Assembly: GCA_963806855.1 (NCBI GenBank)
Contig: CAWDYW010000001.1
Span: forward strand, 288,001 to 352,000
Source: an uncultured Verrucomicrobiae bacterium
GTDB lineage: Bacteria; Chlamydiota; Chlamydiia; Chlamydiales; Rhabdochlamydiaceae
Length of the DNA stretch: 64,000 bases
Reading direction: 5' to 3'
Numbering within the stretch: the first letter of the stretch is position 1; each line of letters starts with the position of its first letter. Shown here piece after piece: positions 47,255 through 57,496 of this stretch. Under the pieces are notes generated by a model. That model saw only the letters and a program-made list of their open reading frames with translations, had not been told where the DNA came from and did no database searches. A program made the translations under genes and the position numbers.

Positions 47255-47929
47255 ATGAAAAAATTCAGTTTGAGTTTATTGACATTGATGAGCGCGATAA
47301 CATGTTCTGCTGCTGAGAATACCTTTGATACAGAGACCTTCGAGATTCCTTCTTCAGGAAGTGGTCCTATTGAAACAAATTCAATTGTAACCCCAAAGCC
47401 TTCCAGTTTCAGAAAATATGTATCGATCGACGTTTCAAGTCTGGCAAAACTACATGCGCGATTTAATTTTGGATTCCGAAATGAGATAGGCCGCAATGGT
47501 TGCGATTTGGGGATATTTGGCTTATCCGGTCGCTCAACCTCAGCATGCGGTGGGTATGCTTCCTACCTCTATTACTTTAATCCCGAGTCCAATTTCAAGT
47601 TTTATAGCGGGGCAGGTCTTGATGCTGGACTCTTATGGACAAAGCAAACCTATGGAGCAATGGCGAGAGGTGTGATCCCAATAGGATTGAATCACATTGC
47701 AAAATCAGGCAGGAACGATTTTTTTCAGATCAATATTTTTTGGCCTCAGACGAGGTACGAGAAAATCTATGAAAATAAGCAGGACCGTTATTATTTCCTG
47801 AAAGAAGACCGTCCATCGAAAGTTGATAGGTATACCTCATATTTTGATTATCGTCGGGGAAGAACTTCTTCTACGACGAGAGATTTGAACAACATAGGCA
47901 TTAGTGTAAATTACGGTCTATTCTTCTAG
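47255..47929 (+). CDS. Putative outer-membrane beta-barrel protein
   Basis: Signal peptide, amphipathic strands, ends ISVNYGLFF. Confidence 0.6.
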   Translation: MKKFSLSLLTLMSAITCSAAENTFDTETFEIPSSGSGPIETNSIVTPKPSSFRKYVSIDVSSLAKLHARFNFGFRNEIGRNGCDLGIFGLSGRSTSACGGYASYLYYFNPESNFKFYSGAGLDAGLLWTKQTYGAMARGVIPIGLNHIAKSGRNDFFQINIFWPQTRYEKIYENKQDRYYFLKEDRPSKVDRYTSYFDYRRGRTSSTTRDLNNIGISVNYGLFF

Positions 47930-48235
47930 AGAACTCCTCAACATAAACCATTCCCAACCGCTCAAAGTGATGCCGAGGGAATGGTTCGCCTATTTGATCA
48001 CTTCGTTCTCAGCGACTGCTTCCACTCTGTGAATTGGCATTATCCCTCCCTTCTCACCCCTCTCCTTAACAAAATATTAACACTTCTGAGGTTTTATGCT
48101 AGTAGCATTAATTTATTTAATTACAAGATTCTTTTATATTAAAAAAATTAAATATTCGAATGTGTATTTTCAGAATTTACTAAGTTTTTTGCTGTTTTAA
48201 AAAAGACTTTCTATGTATAATATGCCTTAATTTTC

Positions 48236-49054
48236 TTGTGGAGGAATAAAATGTCTGTACCCCTTAACACAGTATTCAGTCAACAAAGTAGTTGGAAGAT
48301 GCCTGATTCACTAAAACAAAGAGCCGACTGGAGCAACTCACTAGAACCACCTAAACAAAAAAATATTCCTAATAAGGAAATTCGAGAATTAGCTTGGGAA
48401 AAAATATTAGGATTTTTTAATCCTAACAAGACCTCTCAGTTCTCAGAATTGCTTCAACTCGTTCAAAAGGCAGATCCCAGTATTTCTTTTTTTGGCAATC
48501 GGTATGTGAGTATCGCAGAAAATGGCGAAACAATAGACCTTGATATACTCGTCTCCCGCATGCAATCCCTACTTAGCAAAAATCGAGAATTTACTGAATA
48601 TGAGAGGAATGATATCAAGCTGATATCCAAAAAACTGAATAGCTTTTATAAAATAACAGATGAGCAAATGGAATCTTCCAACATAATTACTAGAATTATT
48701 TACCTATTTCGTGAGAGCATCTTCGGGAAAATAATTGGAGGATTATTCTGCATTGGCTTCATTCCTTCCAGAGCCAGATGGCCATGGCAAAATTGCAGAA
48801 AAATAGGAATGCTTCCTAACTGTGACATGTATAAATTCTATACCCCCACTCAATTTCTGGCTAAATTTTGGTATCAAGCAGATAAGGAAAATGAATCCAT
48901 CGATTTTTATGAAGATTATGACGGCCTATGGTTTTGTCCGAGGAAAAATCAGGATCAAATACGAAAAGTTGTCACTGGCATGGATTCAAATTATTGGGAT
49001 TTCACTACTACTTTAGAACCGAAAAAAGCAAAAGACGAAGAGGATCCTCGTTAA
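48236..49054 (+). CDS. Chlamydial hypothetical protein (effector-like)
   Basis: 272-aa ORF, probable start MSVPLN with GAGG RBS; SFFG.RYV motif. Confidence 0.6.
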   Translation: MWRNKMSVPLNTVFSQQSSWKMPDSLKQRADWSNSLEPPKQKNIPNKEIRELAWEKILGFFNPNKTSQFSELLQLVQKADPSISFFGNRYVSIAENGETIDLDILVSRMQSLLSKNREFTEYERNDIKLISKKLNSFYKITDEQMESSNIITRIIYLFRESIFGKIIGGLFCIGFIPSRARWPWQNCRKIGMLPNCDMYKFYTPTQFLAKFWYQADKENESIDFYEDYDGLWFCPRKNQDQIRKVVTGMDSNYWDFTTTLEPKKAKDEEDPR

Positions 49055-49257
49055 ACTCTAACGGGGTCAAAGAGCAAATCGCACATGCTAAGAGCAAAAA
49101 AAGTAGACAACACTGGTAAAAGCTGCTCTATTGACCTATGAATTCCTGGATTTTCCACATTTATCAATCGTGGTAAATACGGATGGTTACTCATCCCCAT
49201 CTTAATCTCTTTTGCAGCCTCTACACCAGTGAATTCAAAGGATTTTCGTTGGGGCAA

Positions 49258-50508
49258 TTAAAAATTGAATTGAATGCTAGCTTCTAAACCTTGCGCCCAA
49301 AAGGAAGCGGTTTTGAAAGGAACTTTTGGTCTAGTGGACCCACTTGGTGCAGGAGCAGGTCCTGGTTCTGATCCAAAAGAAATAGGTCCAGTACCTATCC
49401 CCACAGTAGCCCTGGAAGCATCCGCTAATGCGGTTTGAGTCGAGTTGATTTTCCGATCGATTTGATCTCCAGGTCTCACAACTTTACTTATCCATAAAAA
49501 AGAATAGCCAAGGCCAATTTCAATATGGCTTGTTATTTCAAAGCCTAGTCGAACTTTTGTTTCAAAACCGAAAGCCAGACGATCTTTTTTATGAGTTCCA
49601 ATGTTGCTTGGCTCCGCAAAAATCCCTCCGGGCAAGATTTCATTTGCTGTTCCCTTCGTCAAAAAAAATAAATTGCCATCGCTTGTCTGACTCGACCCTT
49701 GAATGTTTATTTTTTGATGCATCACGCCTAACATTCCGTTGAGCATAGCCTCCAATTTCCATCGATTGATTTGATAACTAGCGTCTATTTTCAATTGAAG
49801 GCCGAGAAGATGATTCTTCGTCTTGAAACTATCCTTCGCATTATAAAAGGCATGATCAAAGGAAGAATTAGGCAGAGCAAGTGAATGAACCTTAAAAAAA
49901 AGCACTTCATGAAGGTAGACCCATCGAAATCCTAAGATCCAGTCAAGTTCAAAGCAATCACTATTGCATAGCTGATAGAGAAAATTGAACTCGGCGCTTT
50001 GAAGCTGGCTTGCGAGTCTCAAGTGATATGTTGCAGAAAACCCCGGTTCATTTAAAAAGGGGCCGGGTAAAATGAAAATTGTTTCTCCGGCTGCACCATT
50101 CAATCCAAAAACACCGCTGACATCAAAGATGGGGACTGCGTAATTGGGTGATCCAGGATTACCTGAAGTGTTCAAAGATTTTGTCTCAGCAACTGTGGGC
50201 AACAGAAAATACGCTCCCTCAATTCCTATATTATTCCCAACCCACGCTCCAGCATCAATCTGAAAGCCTTGCAACAAATCCATATGAACGGCTCTTTTCC
50301 CAAGGACTATCTGAGTATGGGGCTGTCCGATAGCTCCAGGGAGCGGATCGTTATAAGAACCAGAAGTGACTAAAGGTACTGGAACCGGATTTTTTTTGAT
50401 GGACCAAAGAAGATATTCAGCCTCGATCCAATATGTTGAGCATTCTTGTGCAAATGTGGATCCGATAATGAGAAAGGATGATAAAAAATACTTCAAATTT
50501 AGGTTCAT
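49258..50508 (-). CDS. BBP7-like outer-membrane beta-barrel protein
   Basis: Signal peptide; W..AEYLLW…P.PLVT, N..LGLQL, GYSFLW.S.V.RPGDQID..IN, FWAQGL…F.F. Confidence 0.78.
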   Translation of the reverse strand: MNLNLKYFLSSFLIIGSTFAQECSTYWIEAEYLLWSIKKNPVPVPLVTSGSYNDPLPGAIGQPHTQIVLGKRAVHMDLLQGFQIDAGAWVGNNIGIEGAYFLLPTVAETKSLNTSGNPGSPNYAVPIFDVSGVFGLNGAAGETIFILPGPFLNEPGFSATYHLRLASQLQSAEFNFLYQLCNSDCFELDWILGFRWVYLHEVLFFKVHSLALPNSSFDHAFYNAKDSFKTKNHLLGLQLKIDASYQINRWKLEAMLNGMLGVMHQKINIQGSSQTSDGNLFFLTKGTANEILPGGIFAEPSNIGTHKKDRLAFGFETKVRLGFEITSHIEIGLGYSFLWISKVVRPGDQIDRKINSTQTALADASRATVGIGTGPISFGSEPGPAPAPSGSTRPKVPFKTASFWAQGLEASIQFNF

Positions 50509-50636
50509 GTGACCTATTTGTCTTCATAAATTTTTTTAATTATATTTACAACTGATTAGGCAGCGCCTTACGCAAAGCGATCCACAATATGGGTGTGTTG
50601 CATAACTATTAGTTTTGTGCCCGCACAATGATCTTG

Positions 50637-50693
50637 TTAGAAGACCCACTCGAGGCGTTCGTTGAAGCTGGTCTTTGTGTTGAAGAGTCCTTT
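50637..50693 (-). repeat. Degenerate copy of the 3' end of the autotransporter gene (54341 onward)
   Basis: TTAGAAGACCCACTCGAGGCG[9-bp deletion]TTCGTTGAAGCTGGTCTTTGTGTTGAAGAGTCCTTT. Confidence 0.85.
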
Positions 50694-51330
50694 AATAGCC
50701 GTAAGCATCCGTCATAAAAGCGATGTCGCAATCTCCCTTTTTGAAGTGATTTAGAAAGAGATTAGCTGTCGCATGGGAAACTGCCGCAGGGAAAAACCCA
50801 GTCTTTTCAAAAAGAGTACCGAAAATGACGCCTCCAACAAAATGGGGTAAAACTAGATGGGTTTTGCGATGTACAAAAGCAAAAAATAGCGATGTAAGAA
50901 CGATTCGAGAAATCGGACTAGAAATGATTGTTCTAAATCGCTCAGGTAGTGGTTTTGAAATCGTGGTTAAGATCACTTTTTGAATGCAAAACCTAAAGAT
51001 CAGCTCTTCTGCTACTGCGTCTCCGAAGATTTTAGAGCTTTTTGTTAAACAGCAAGCCTCATAATAAGGAAGATATTTTAGCGAGGACGAACATAGTTGA
51101 GAATTTAGCGAAAATACATCAGGAAAAAATGGGCGAATAATAGCTGTGATTTTTTCTTTTATTTTGCCAATAGGCTCAATATAAGATGTTAATTTTTGAG
51201 CATCCAAAAACCTAGCTTTATATAGGCACGCATATTGACCCAGTATGCTTGTAGCTGCCATAGCACTTTGGCGAGATATAATTGTATGAAGAAAAGGCAT
51301 AAAGAAATCCAGAACCGACTCCAATTGCAC
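50692..51330 (-). CDS. CPBP (CAAX protease-like) family protein
   Basis: AEELIFR, SLFFAFVH, SHATAN. Confidence 0.8.
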   Translation of the reverse strand: MQLESVLDFFMPFLHTIISRQSAMAATSILGQYACLYKARFLDAQKLTSYIEPIGKIKEKITAIIRPFFPDVFSLNSQLCSSSLKYLPYYEACCLTKSSKIFGDAVAEELIFRFCIQKVILTTISKPLPERFRTIISSPISRIVLTSLFFAFVHRKTHLVLPHFVGGVIFGTLFEKTGFFPAAVSHATANLFLNHFKKGDCDIAFMTDAYGY

Positions 51331-51490
51331 TTTGTTTAAGTAGGTTAAAAGAAGTTTGAATGGGGTTCATATTGCCAAAATCTTCCTATTTAAAAAATAT
51401 TATTAACCATTATAACGTTTAAATGATTTTAAAAGAAGGGCTGTAAATTATTTTACTTTAGAACTAGTTCGATTAAAGGTTTGTTGAAGA

Positions 51491-51510
51491 GGAGCCGTTT
51501 CAAAGGCTCC
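51491..51510 (-). terminator. Hairpin just downstream of the displaced autotransporter 3' end (possible former terminator)
   Basis: GGAGCC-8 nt-GGCTCC; no strong U-tract. Confidence 0.3.
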
Positions 51511-51523
51511 CCTAAAGAGCTTC

Positions 51524-51678
51524 TTAGAAGACCCACTCTAGGCGGCCTTCCACTTCGTTGATGCTGGTTTTGGTGTTGTAGAGCCCTTTGTAGCCGACGA
51601 CGAAGGAGAAGCCGTTGCAATGGGTCCACTTCAGACCGACTTCGGGCGAGCCGAGGTTGATCACGTCGTCGTAGCTGG
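51524..51678 (-). repeat. 155-bp near-identical copy of the last 155 bp of the autotransporter gene (54341..54495)
   Basis: Direct alignment by eye shows 4 substitutions, all at synonymous third-codon positions. Confidence 0.95.
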
Positions 51679-51745
51679 CAACATCTCTACGATGTGGATC
51701 AATTTGTTACAGAAAGGATTAGTTTTCCCTTATGTAGGCTTGACC

Positions 51746-52426
51746 TTAGTATGTATCAGCAGGTGCCCAAATGTTATTATAGCGCTGATCAAACATTTTC
51801 GCTTGCATCTGGATCTTTTCAGTCTCATATGCTGTAAGGGTTGTGCTTAGCTGAGCTGCAGTAGGCAGATAGGGGGTCTCTTTATCTGTTAAATATACTA
51901 TACGCTCCTCGCCTTCCCGCTTAACTATATCGTCTTTGGAGCGGATAACACCCTTTTGCTCATACTCTTCTTTATAGACTCGTATACCTAACTCTCCAAC
52001 CCATGGGTCATCTTTCGAAGAAGGATTTATCCCTCCACCGCCATGCCTTAAATAAAATAAAATTGGATGTTCATTGGATTCAACGTAAAGATTGTTAATA
52101 GCTCGGAATGGCAATGTGAAAAATCGAATTGGTAATGTAGCGAAGTCCCAGATTAGTGCGAGTAGCATAAACCCTATATTTGCTACTCGGTTAGTTCTTA
52201 TGACCCCATTAATTAGAGTAGGTAGAAATAGATCCTGCGCGATAAATTGAATGTCCGTACGAATAGGGATAACTGACCATTTACAAAAACCTGCCATATT
52301 CATATGGCTACTGGCGCAATTGAGGGCCGAGTTTGCCTCATGTTCATTTTTAAGTTTCATAATATACAGGGGAGCCTGCAATGAATGATCACTGTTTACT
52401 TTATGTATAGAGAGGTAATAAGACAT
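51746..52426 (-). CDS. Chlamydial hypothetical protein with hydrophobic hairpin
   Basis: 226-aa ORF; D.FLPT…LIWDFATLPIRFFTLPFR. Confidence 0.6.
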   Translation of the reverse strand: MSYYLSIHKVNSDHSLQAPLYIMKLKNEHEANSALNCASSHMNMAGFCKWSVIPIRTDIQFIAQDLFLPTLINGVIRTNRVANIGFMLLALIWDFATLPIRFFTLPFRAINNLYVESNEHPILFYLRHGGGGINPSSKDDPWVGELGIRVYKEEYEQKGVIRSKDDIVKREGEERIVYLTDKETPYLPTAAQLSTTLTAYETEKIQMQAKMFDQRYNNIWAPADTY

Positions 52427-52556
52427 AATTTATTCCATTTGTTGTGCGGGTTAGTTTGTCAATTATAATAACAAAATAACTAAAATAAATCAATGCCTCC
52501 TGTGGTCAAAAAGAAATATTGTCATTTAATTTTAGACAATCACCTTTGATAATTGA

Positions 52557-54167
52557 CTATTTAAATTTTTTATAAACAGCAACAGCTGCTTCGAGATGCT
52601 TGGTTATTTCTCCATCTGTTTTAATGGTTTCCCCGATTATTAATTTTTTGCAAATTTCATCTTCAAAAAAATGTCCCTTTTTATTTTCTTCTTTCAAACA
52701 TGGGCCTCGATCACCTTCCATCAATTCTGCAATTTGGAAAGCCGTTAATCCGTTGGATGCAGCAGCTTGCAGAAGTAATGTTGCAATTTTGATTCGAAAT
52801 AAATTTTGTTGCGGGATTTGTGGATATTCTTTTTGTAATAATTTAATATCATCATCAGGGTTTAGGCTTTTGATGTAATTCAAATCATTCCTAGAAAACC
52901 CCTGCTTAGTTTGAGGAAAGTACATCCAATTGAATCGAATCTGACGGGCATTTCCAGGCAAGGCGTAACCGTGATCGATTGGAAAAACTTTATAATTTTG
53001 ATCGACTAAAAAATTGCCCAAATGACGGTCGCAATTTAGGGTCCGAATATCCAAAATAGCAACTTTATGAATTTCATGTGCTGGAAGCTGAGTAGGTTGT
53101 CTCCAATCTAGCCATGCGAGGAATGTGGGCCATTGGTAAAGTTCAGCTGCTTTCCGATAATAATCTTGAATGTGATCACAAGCACTTATGCAATCTGGTA
53201 CGAATTGCTGCATCGATCCCTCATAGGAACCTAGGGCGCATCTTCGAAAGTGGCGTTTAGGAAATTTGCAATAATTGTTTCGGGGACATTGGAAAAATGA
53301 TCTTTATCCATAAGATATGCGAGGCGTTCGCGTACATAGCCCGTATTCCTTTTGATCCCAAATATAGCGGTTAATGCTTTGCTTCCAAATGAAGTAACTT
53401 CTAATGCTGAAGGTTTAAAGATAGCGATTTTATTTCCTTGCCGATTATGAAGGAAAAATGATCCATTAATTCCAGCTCCTTGTTCGCCCCCTGTGGGTTT
53501 AACTTTTATACCATTTTTGAGAGCGAGGGTTGCTTCAATAAACTGTGGGCGTTCGACAATATCTTCACCTGCTGTAATTCATCCGAATAGGGTGCGCCCA
53601 GACCTCGAACTGATTGGCAATAGGATCTTAAACGAGGTAAATGTTCTAAATACGATTTTGAGTGCGGATTTAATATCTCACTTTCTAAAGTTTCTCATCG
53701 CAAAATGCCACAAAAATCTTTCTGCTTATTGAATTAGTCACTGAGGCAGTGGTATTAACATTTGCATTGCATACCCAAAAATTTACGAAAAGGGACCAAG
53801 CTTTTGCCTCCATATCACTAATTGAATGTAGCTTTCCTTTTGAATCGGTTTCTATCCAAGTCTCTTCTTTTCTGTTTTCTATGAATTTGAAATTTTCACT
53901 TGCAAGAATAGCAGCAATACGACCTTCCTTTGGAAGATTTCCTAATCCATCTGGAACTGTAATCAGTTTTTTCACAAGATAATCGCTTACAATGATCCCC
54001 GCTAATGCAAATCCTAATCCGGAGAGAACTCCTGCTGTCGTTGCGCTCGCTGGTGAATTCTTGAAGGTACTTAATCCAAACTTAGATTTAGCATTAATAG
54101 CCACAGAGACGCCCAATGCGTAGAAAAATAGATTATTCCCTGTAACTCCGGTTAATTTTTTTAACAT
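52557..54167 (-). CDS. Type II phosphatidylinositol 4-kinase-like protein with N-terminal hydrophobic hairpin; split by several frameshifts
   Basis: Pieces read G.NGSFFL…IAIFKP, RERLAYLMD….VP.T, GSMQQFV, ILDIR.LNCDRHLGNFLV, PIDHGYALP, FNW…PQ. Confidence 0.75.
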
Positions 54168-54340
54168 TTTGCCTGTCTCCTATAAGAAATTTATCTTCTC
54201 TTTTTGATGAATGGAAGAATTGTAAAATATGCTTTACATTTTTTTCAAGAATATGAGCTGAATGGAGAAAATTCTGTTCAGCGTAGTTTTAAGGAAAAGC
54301 CATGAGACGCTCTGTGCATATGCTCTGCAAGATTGGGTTG

Positions 54341-57046
54341 TTAGAAAACCCACTCGAGGCGGCCTTCCACTTCGTTGATGCTGGTTTTGGTGTTGTAGAG
54401 TCCTTTGTAGCCGACGACGAAGGAGAAGCCGTTGCAATGGGTCCACTTCAGACCGACTTCGGGCGAGCCGAGGTTGATCACGTCGTCATAGCTGGTCGCG
54501 CTGAAGACGCAGCTCTGGTCGGTGAAGTTTGCTTTTTGCTTGGACTTGGACAAGGGGAACTCGCCGACGTAGGAGAGGCCGATGAAGGGGGCGAAGCATG
54601 AGCAGGGGCAGTTGATCGAGTAGTAGGCTTTGAGGCCGGCTTCGGTGCGCAATAGGTTTTGGGTCTTGGAGCGGACGTCGAGGTTCAGGCTATTGGCGTG
54701 ACGCTCGTGGAAGGACTCGCGGCGCCAGTAGTGGTAGTCGAGGAGGGCGAAGGGCTCGAGGTTTACGCAGCAGCACTCCCAGTTGCCGCGGAGGCCGAGG
54801 TGGGAGGTGAGGAACCAGCCCCAGAAGTCGCTTTTGGCTCGTCGGTCGATGGTGCCGAAGAGGATGTGGCGGTTCATTTCATAGTCGGTGCCGCCGCCGA
54901 TGAAGGAGAGGTCGAGGTTGAAGTAGCACATTTTGAAGATGGCGTAGAGGGCGCCGTAGTAGCTGTCCATTTCTCCTTTGCCGCCATGGTGCTTCCAGTG
55001 GAGGTCGGTATGGGTGTAGCCGAAGCTCGCTCCGATGTAGTTGCAGGGGGTGAAGCAATAGTCGATTCCTGCGAGGACGCCGCCGGCGTTGGATTGGAAG
55101 GGACGTAGGTGGTCGAAGCGACTGTGGTTGTTGATGAAGTTGCCAAAGCCGTTGATCCAGATGTTGGTTTGGCATTCGCAGTTGCAGCAGTCGCGCGGTG
55201 AGCAGCAGAGCTCAAATTGGTATTGGGAGAGGAGGTTGACGACGTAGCTGTTGTTGCGGGCGTTGATTAGTTCGAGCGCGCCATACTGTGCAGGGGAGAT
55301 GTTGGTGAGGGCGCGGTTGACTTGGGCGTTCGTTAGGGTGCCGAGCTCTTGAACGACGAGGGCAAAATCGGAACCGGGGATGATGTTGGAGGTCGAAATG
55401 CAATTGGAGACGGCGCGGGCTGGGCTAGCGGTGATCAGCTGATCTTGGAAAAGGCGGTTGTTGAGGACGGTGGCAATCACGCTGCCATGGGTGGTGTTGA
55501 AATCGAGAACGCCAGCGAGGGGGCCGGTCGTTTCGATGCGGTCAAATTCTCCGATGGTGGGGCCGTCGATGATGAGGAACTGGGTGCCGGCGATGTAGTT
55601 ACCGGGATGGAGGTAGAGCTCAAGTGTCCCTCCGTTGAGGATGGCGTTTTTGCCGTGGATTTTGAGGGTGTTGTTATTGCTCTTCGCGCTTGGTTTGATG
55701 CTGACGGCGAGCGTGCCGGTTGGATGATTGATGAAATTCCCTCCGACTTCGGCATCGCCGGGCGTCACTTTTCCGTGGTTGATCAGATCGCCATTATGAT
55801 TGGATGGCCGAGCTCCCTGTCCGGATGGGATGTGGTGGATTTTGAAGGAGCCGGTGAGGTGTCCGTTTTCTTTGACTTCGACGGTGTTGAGGACGCTTCC
55901 GTCGAGATGGAGCTCGCCCTCTTCGATGATGGTGCGGCCGGTGTAGGTATTGTCGCCGGTAAGTTCGAGGCGGGCAGGTCCCCGTTTTGTCAGGCCGCCG
56001 AGGGTGGTGTCGCTATTTTCGATTCCGGGGGCAATTTTGCCGATATTTCCTGCAATTGGAGTTTCGAGTGTGAGATTTTTGGTGAGGTCAAAGGTGATTT
56101 TTCCTTCTGACATCATGAAGATGTCATGCCCTAGGCTGCTGGATGAACGGTTGCCATTGAAGCTGATCGATTCTTTAACGTTCAATTCGCCGCCAGTTTC
56201 GATGAAGATCGCTCCGCCAAGGCCAGCTCCGCTGCCGCCAGCACCATAGCGTGTTCCGGAGTTTGCGCCGAAGCCACCTCTGCCGCCGTCTTCATTGTTT
56301 GCGCCGCCACCGCCGCCGCCGAAGCCGCCATTGCCGCCGGGTCCACCCAATTTGCCGTCACTGGCACCTCCGCCGCCGCCGCCGCCAAATCCGCCGTGGC
56401 CGCCCCCTTGTGGAGAGCCGCCGCCGCCGCCGCCATAGCCGCCGCTGCCGCCGACGAGTGTGGTCTGGCCGTCGCCACCGGTTCCGCTGCCAAGGCCTGG
56501 TTCGTGACCGACGCTGGCATTTTCGCCATGCTCTTGAAATCCGCCGCCGCCGCCGCCTGCATTGTGGATGCCGGTCCCGCCCTTGCCGCCCATACCGCCG
56601 CCGCCGCCGCTGCTCGAATTGAGGATGGGGTCATTGGAGGCTCCAACTCCGCCAATGGCTGAGCAGCCATCGAATGCGCAGTTTTGCAGGGTGACGATGC
56701 TGTGCTTGCCGACAAAAAGTCCGCCGCCAGCGCCGAGTCCGCCGCCGCCGCCGCTATGCCCATCGCCCCCTTTTGCTGAGGTTTTATTGAATGTGAGGTC
56801 GTGGATGGCGATGTCGCCGCTGCTGATGAAGAGCCCTTTTCCTTCGAGGTCGAAGTGATTGCCGCTGACTGTGAAGCTTTGTCCAGTAAAAATGGGAGGG
56901 GAGAGCAGTTTGATATCACGTGTGAAATTAAGGATTTTTTCTCCTTCGTTGATCGCCAAATTAAGGCTTTCAGAATTGCCAACATCAAGGGCAAAGAGTT
57001 GAGGAGCAAGGGAAAGACATAGCAAGCAGTTTGTGAATTTAGACAT
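54341..57046 (-). CDS. Autotransporter with Gly-rich passenger, PATR repeat and Cys-rich beta-barrel
   Basis: Signal peptide; GGGGG-rich region; GGLFV/GGAIF motifs; LTKRG…L.LTGDNTYTG.T.I.EG.L; barrel starting WINGFG and ending RLEWVF. Confidence 0.92.
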   Translation of the reverse strand: MSKFTNCLLCLSLAPQLFALDVGNSESLNLAINEGEKILNFTRDIKLLSPPIFTGQSFTVSGNHFDLEGKGLFISSGDIAIHDLTFNKTSAKGGDGHSGGGGGLGAGGGLFVGKHSIVTLQNCAFDGCSAIGGVGASNDPILNSSSGGGGGMGGKGGTGIHNAGGGGGGFQEHGENASVGHEPGLGSGTGGDGQTTLVGGSGGYGGGGGGSPQGGGHGGFGGGGGGGASDGKLGGPGGNGGFGGGGGGANNEDGGRGGFGANSGTRYGAGGSGAGLGGAIFIETGGELNVKESISFNGNRSSSSLGHDIFMMSEGKITFDLTKNLTLETPIAGNIGKIAPGIENSDTTLGGLTKRGPARLELTGDNTYTGRTIIEEGELHLDGSVLNTVEVKENGHLTGSFKIHHIPSGQGARPSNHNGDLINHGKVTPGDAEVGGNFINHPTGTLAVSIKPSAKSNNNTLKIHGKNAILNGGTLELYLHPGNYIAGTQFLIIDGPTIGEFDRIETTGPLAGVLDFNTTHGSVIATVLNNRLFQDQLITASPARAVSNCISTSNIIPGSDFALVVQELGTLTNAQVNRALTNISPAQYGALELINARNNSYVVNLLSQYQFELCCSPRDCCNCECQTNIWINGFGNFINNHSRFDHLRPFQSNAGGVLAGIDYCFTPCNYIGASFGYTHTDLHWKHHGGKGEMDSYYGALYAIFKMCYFNLDLSFIGGGTDYEMNRHILFGTIDRRAKSDFWGWFLTSHLGLRGNWECCCVNLEPFALLDYHYWRRESFHERHANSLNLDVRSKTQNLLRTEAGLKAYYSINCPCSCFAPFIGLSYVGEFPLSKSKQKANFTDQSCVFSATSYDDVINLGSPEVGLKWTHCNGFSFVVGYKGLYNTKTSINEVEGRLEWVF

Positions 57047-57079
57047 CAGGATACCTTGTGTTTCGCAGAAAAAACAATT

Positions 57080-57487
57080 CTACGATTTTTTGAGGTAAAA
57101 CACAACAAGTGCTGTAACGACGACTGTAATTCGTAGCGCGATCAAATAGGGAACAAGATTGACGTCCCGATATTTATAAGCCAGCGCAGGGGATATCACT
57201 GAGCCGAATAAACTCAGGACGAAATGATTTGTTCTTTCTGTGATGTAGTGTTTAGTCGGTTGAAATATCGATGAATTCCAATCCCAGGTGAAAAGGGCAT
57301 GCAAACTACCGAAGGTAACTGCAATAATGGCAAAGGGCAAAACTACCAGATTGATGATCATATCGCAGAGATAGGAGAGGCGGGCGGAAATGGAACATCT
57401 CCAAGAGTCGGCGATTTCGCCAAGCTCCCACTTCTCCCAAGATTGGGCCATTTGGGAATTGGCCACGTCGTAAAAGCGATTTTCCAT
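57080..57487 (-). CDS. Hypothetical membrane protein
   Basis: 135-aa ORF directly downstream of pbp2 with hydrophobic segments. Confidence 0.65.
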   Translation of the reverse strand: MENRFYDVANSQMAQSWEKWELGEIADSWRCSISARLSYLCDMIINLVVLPFAIIAVTFGSLHALFTWDWNSSIFQPTKHYITERTNHFVLSLFGSVISPALAYKYRDVNLVPYLIALRITVVVTALVVFYLKKS

Positions 57488-57496
57488 ATCTTAATC

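Noticed and set aside
51524..54495. Diversity-generating retroelement TR/VR pair at the autotransporter C-terminus
   Set aside because: Differences are synonymous and not adenine-specific, and there is no reverse transcriptase in the window.
56200..56800. GCC trinucleotide runs and overlapping Ala-/Arg-rich ORFs
   Set aside because: They are by-products of poly-Gly codons in the autotransporter passenger.
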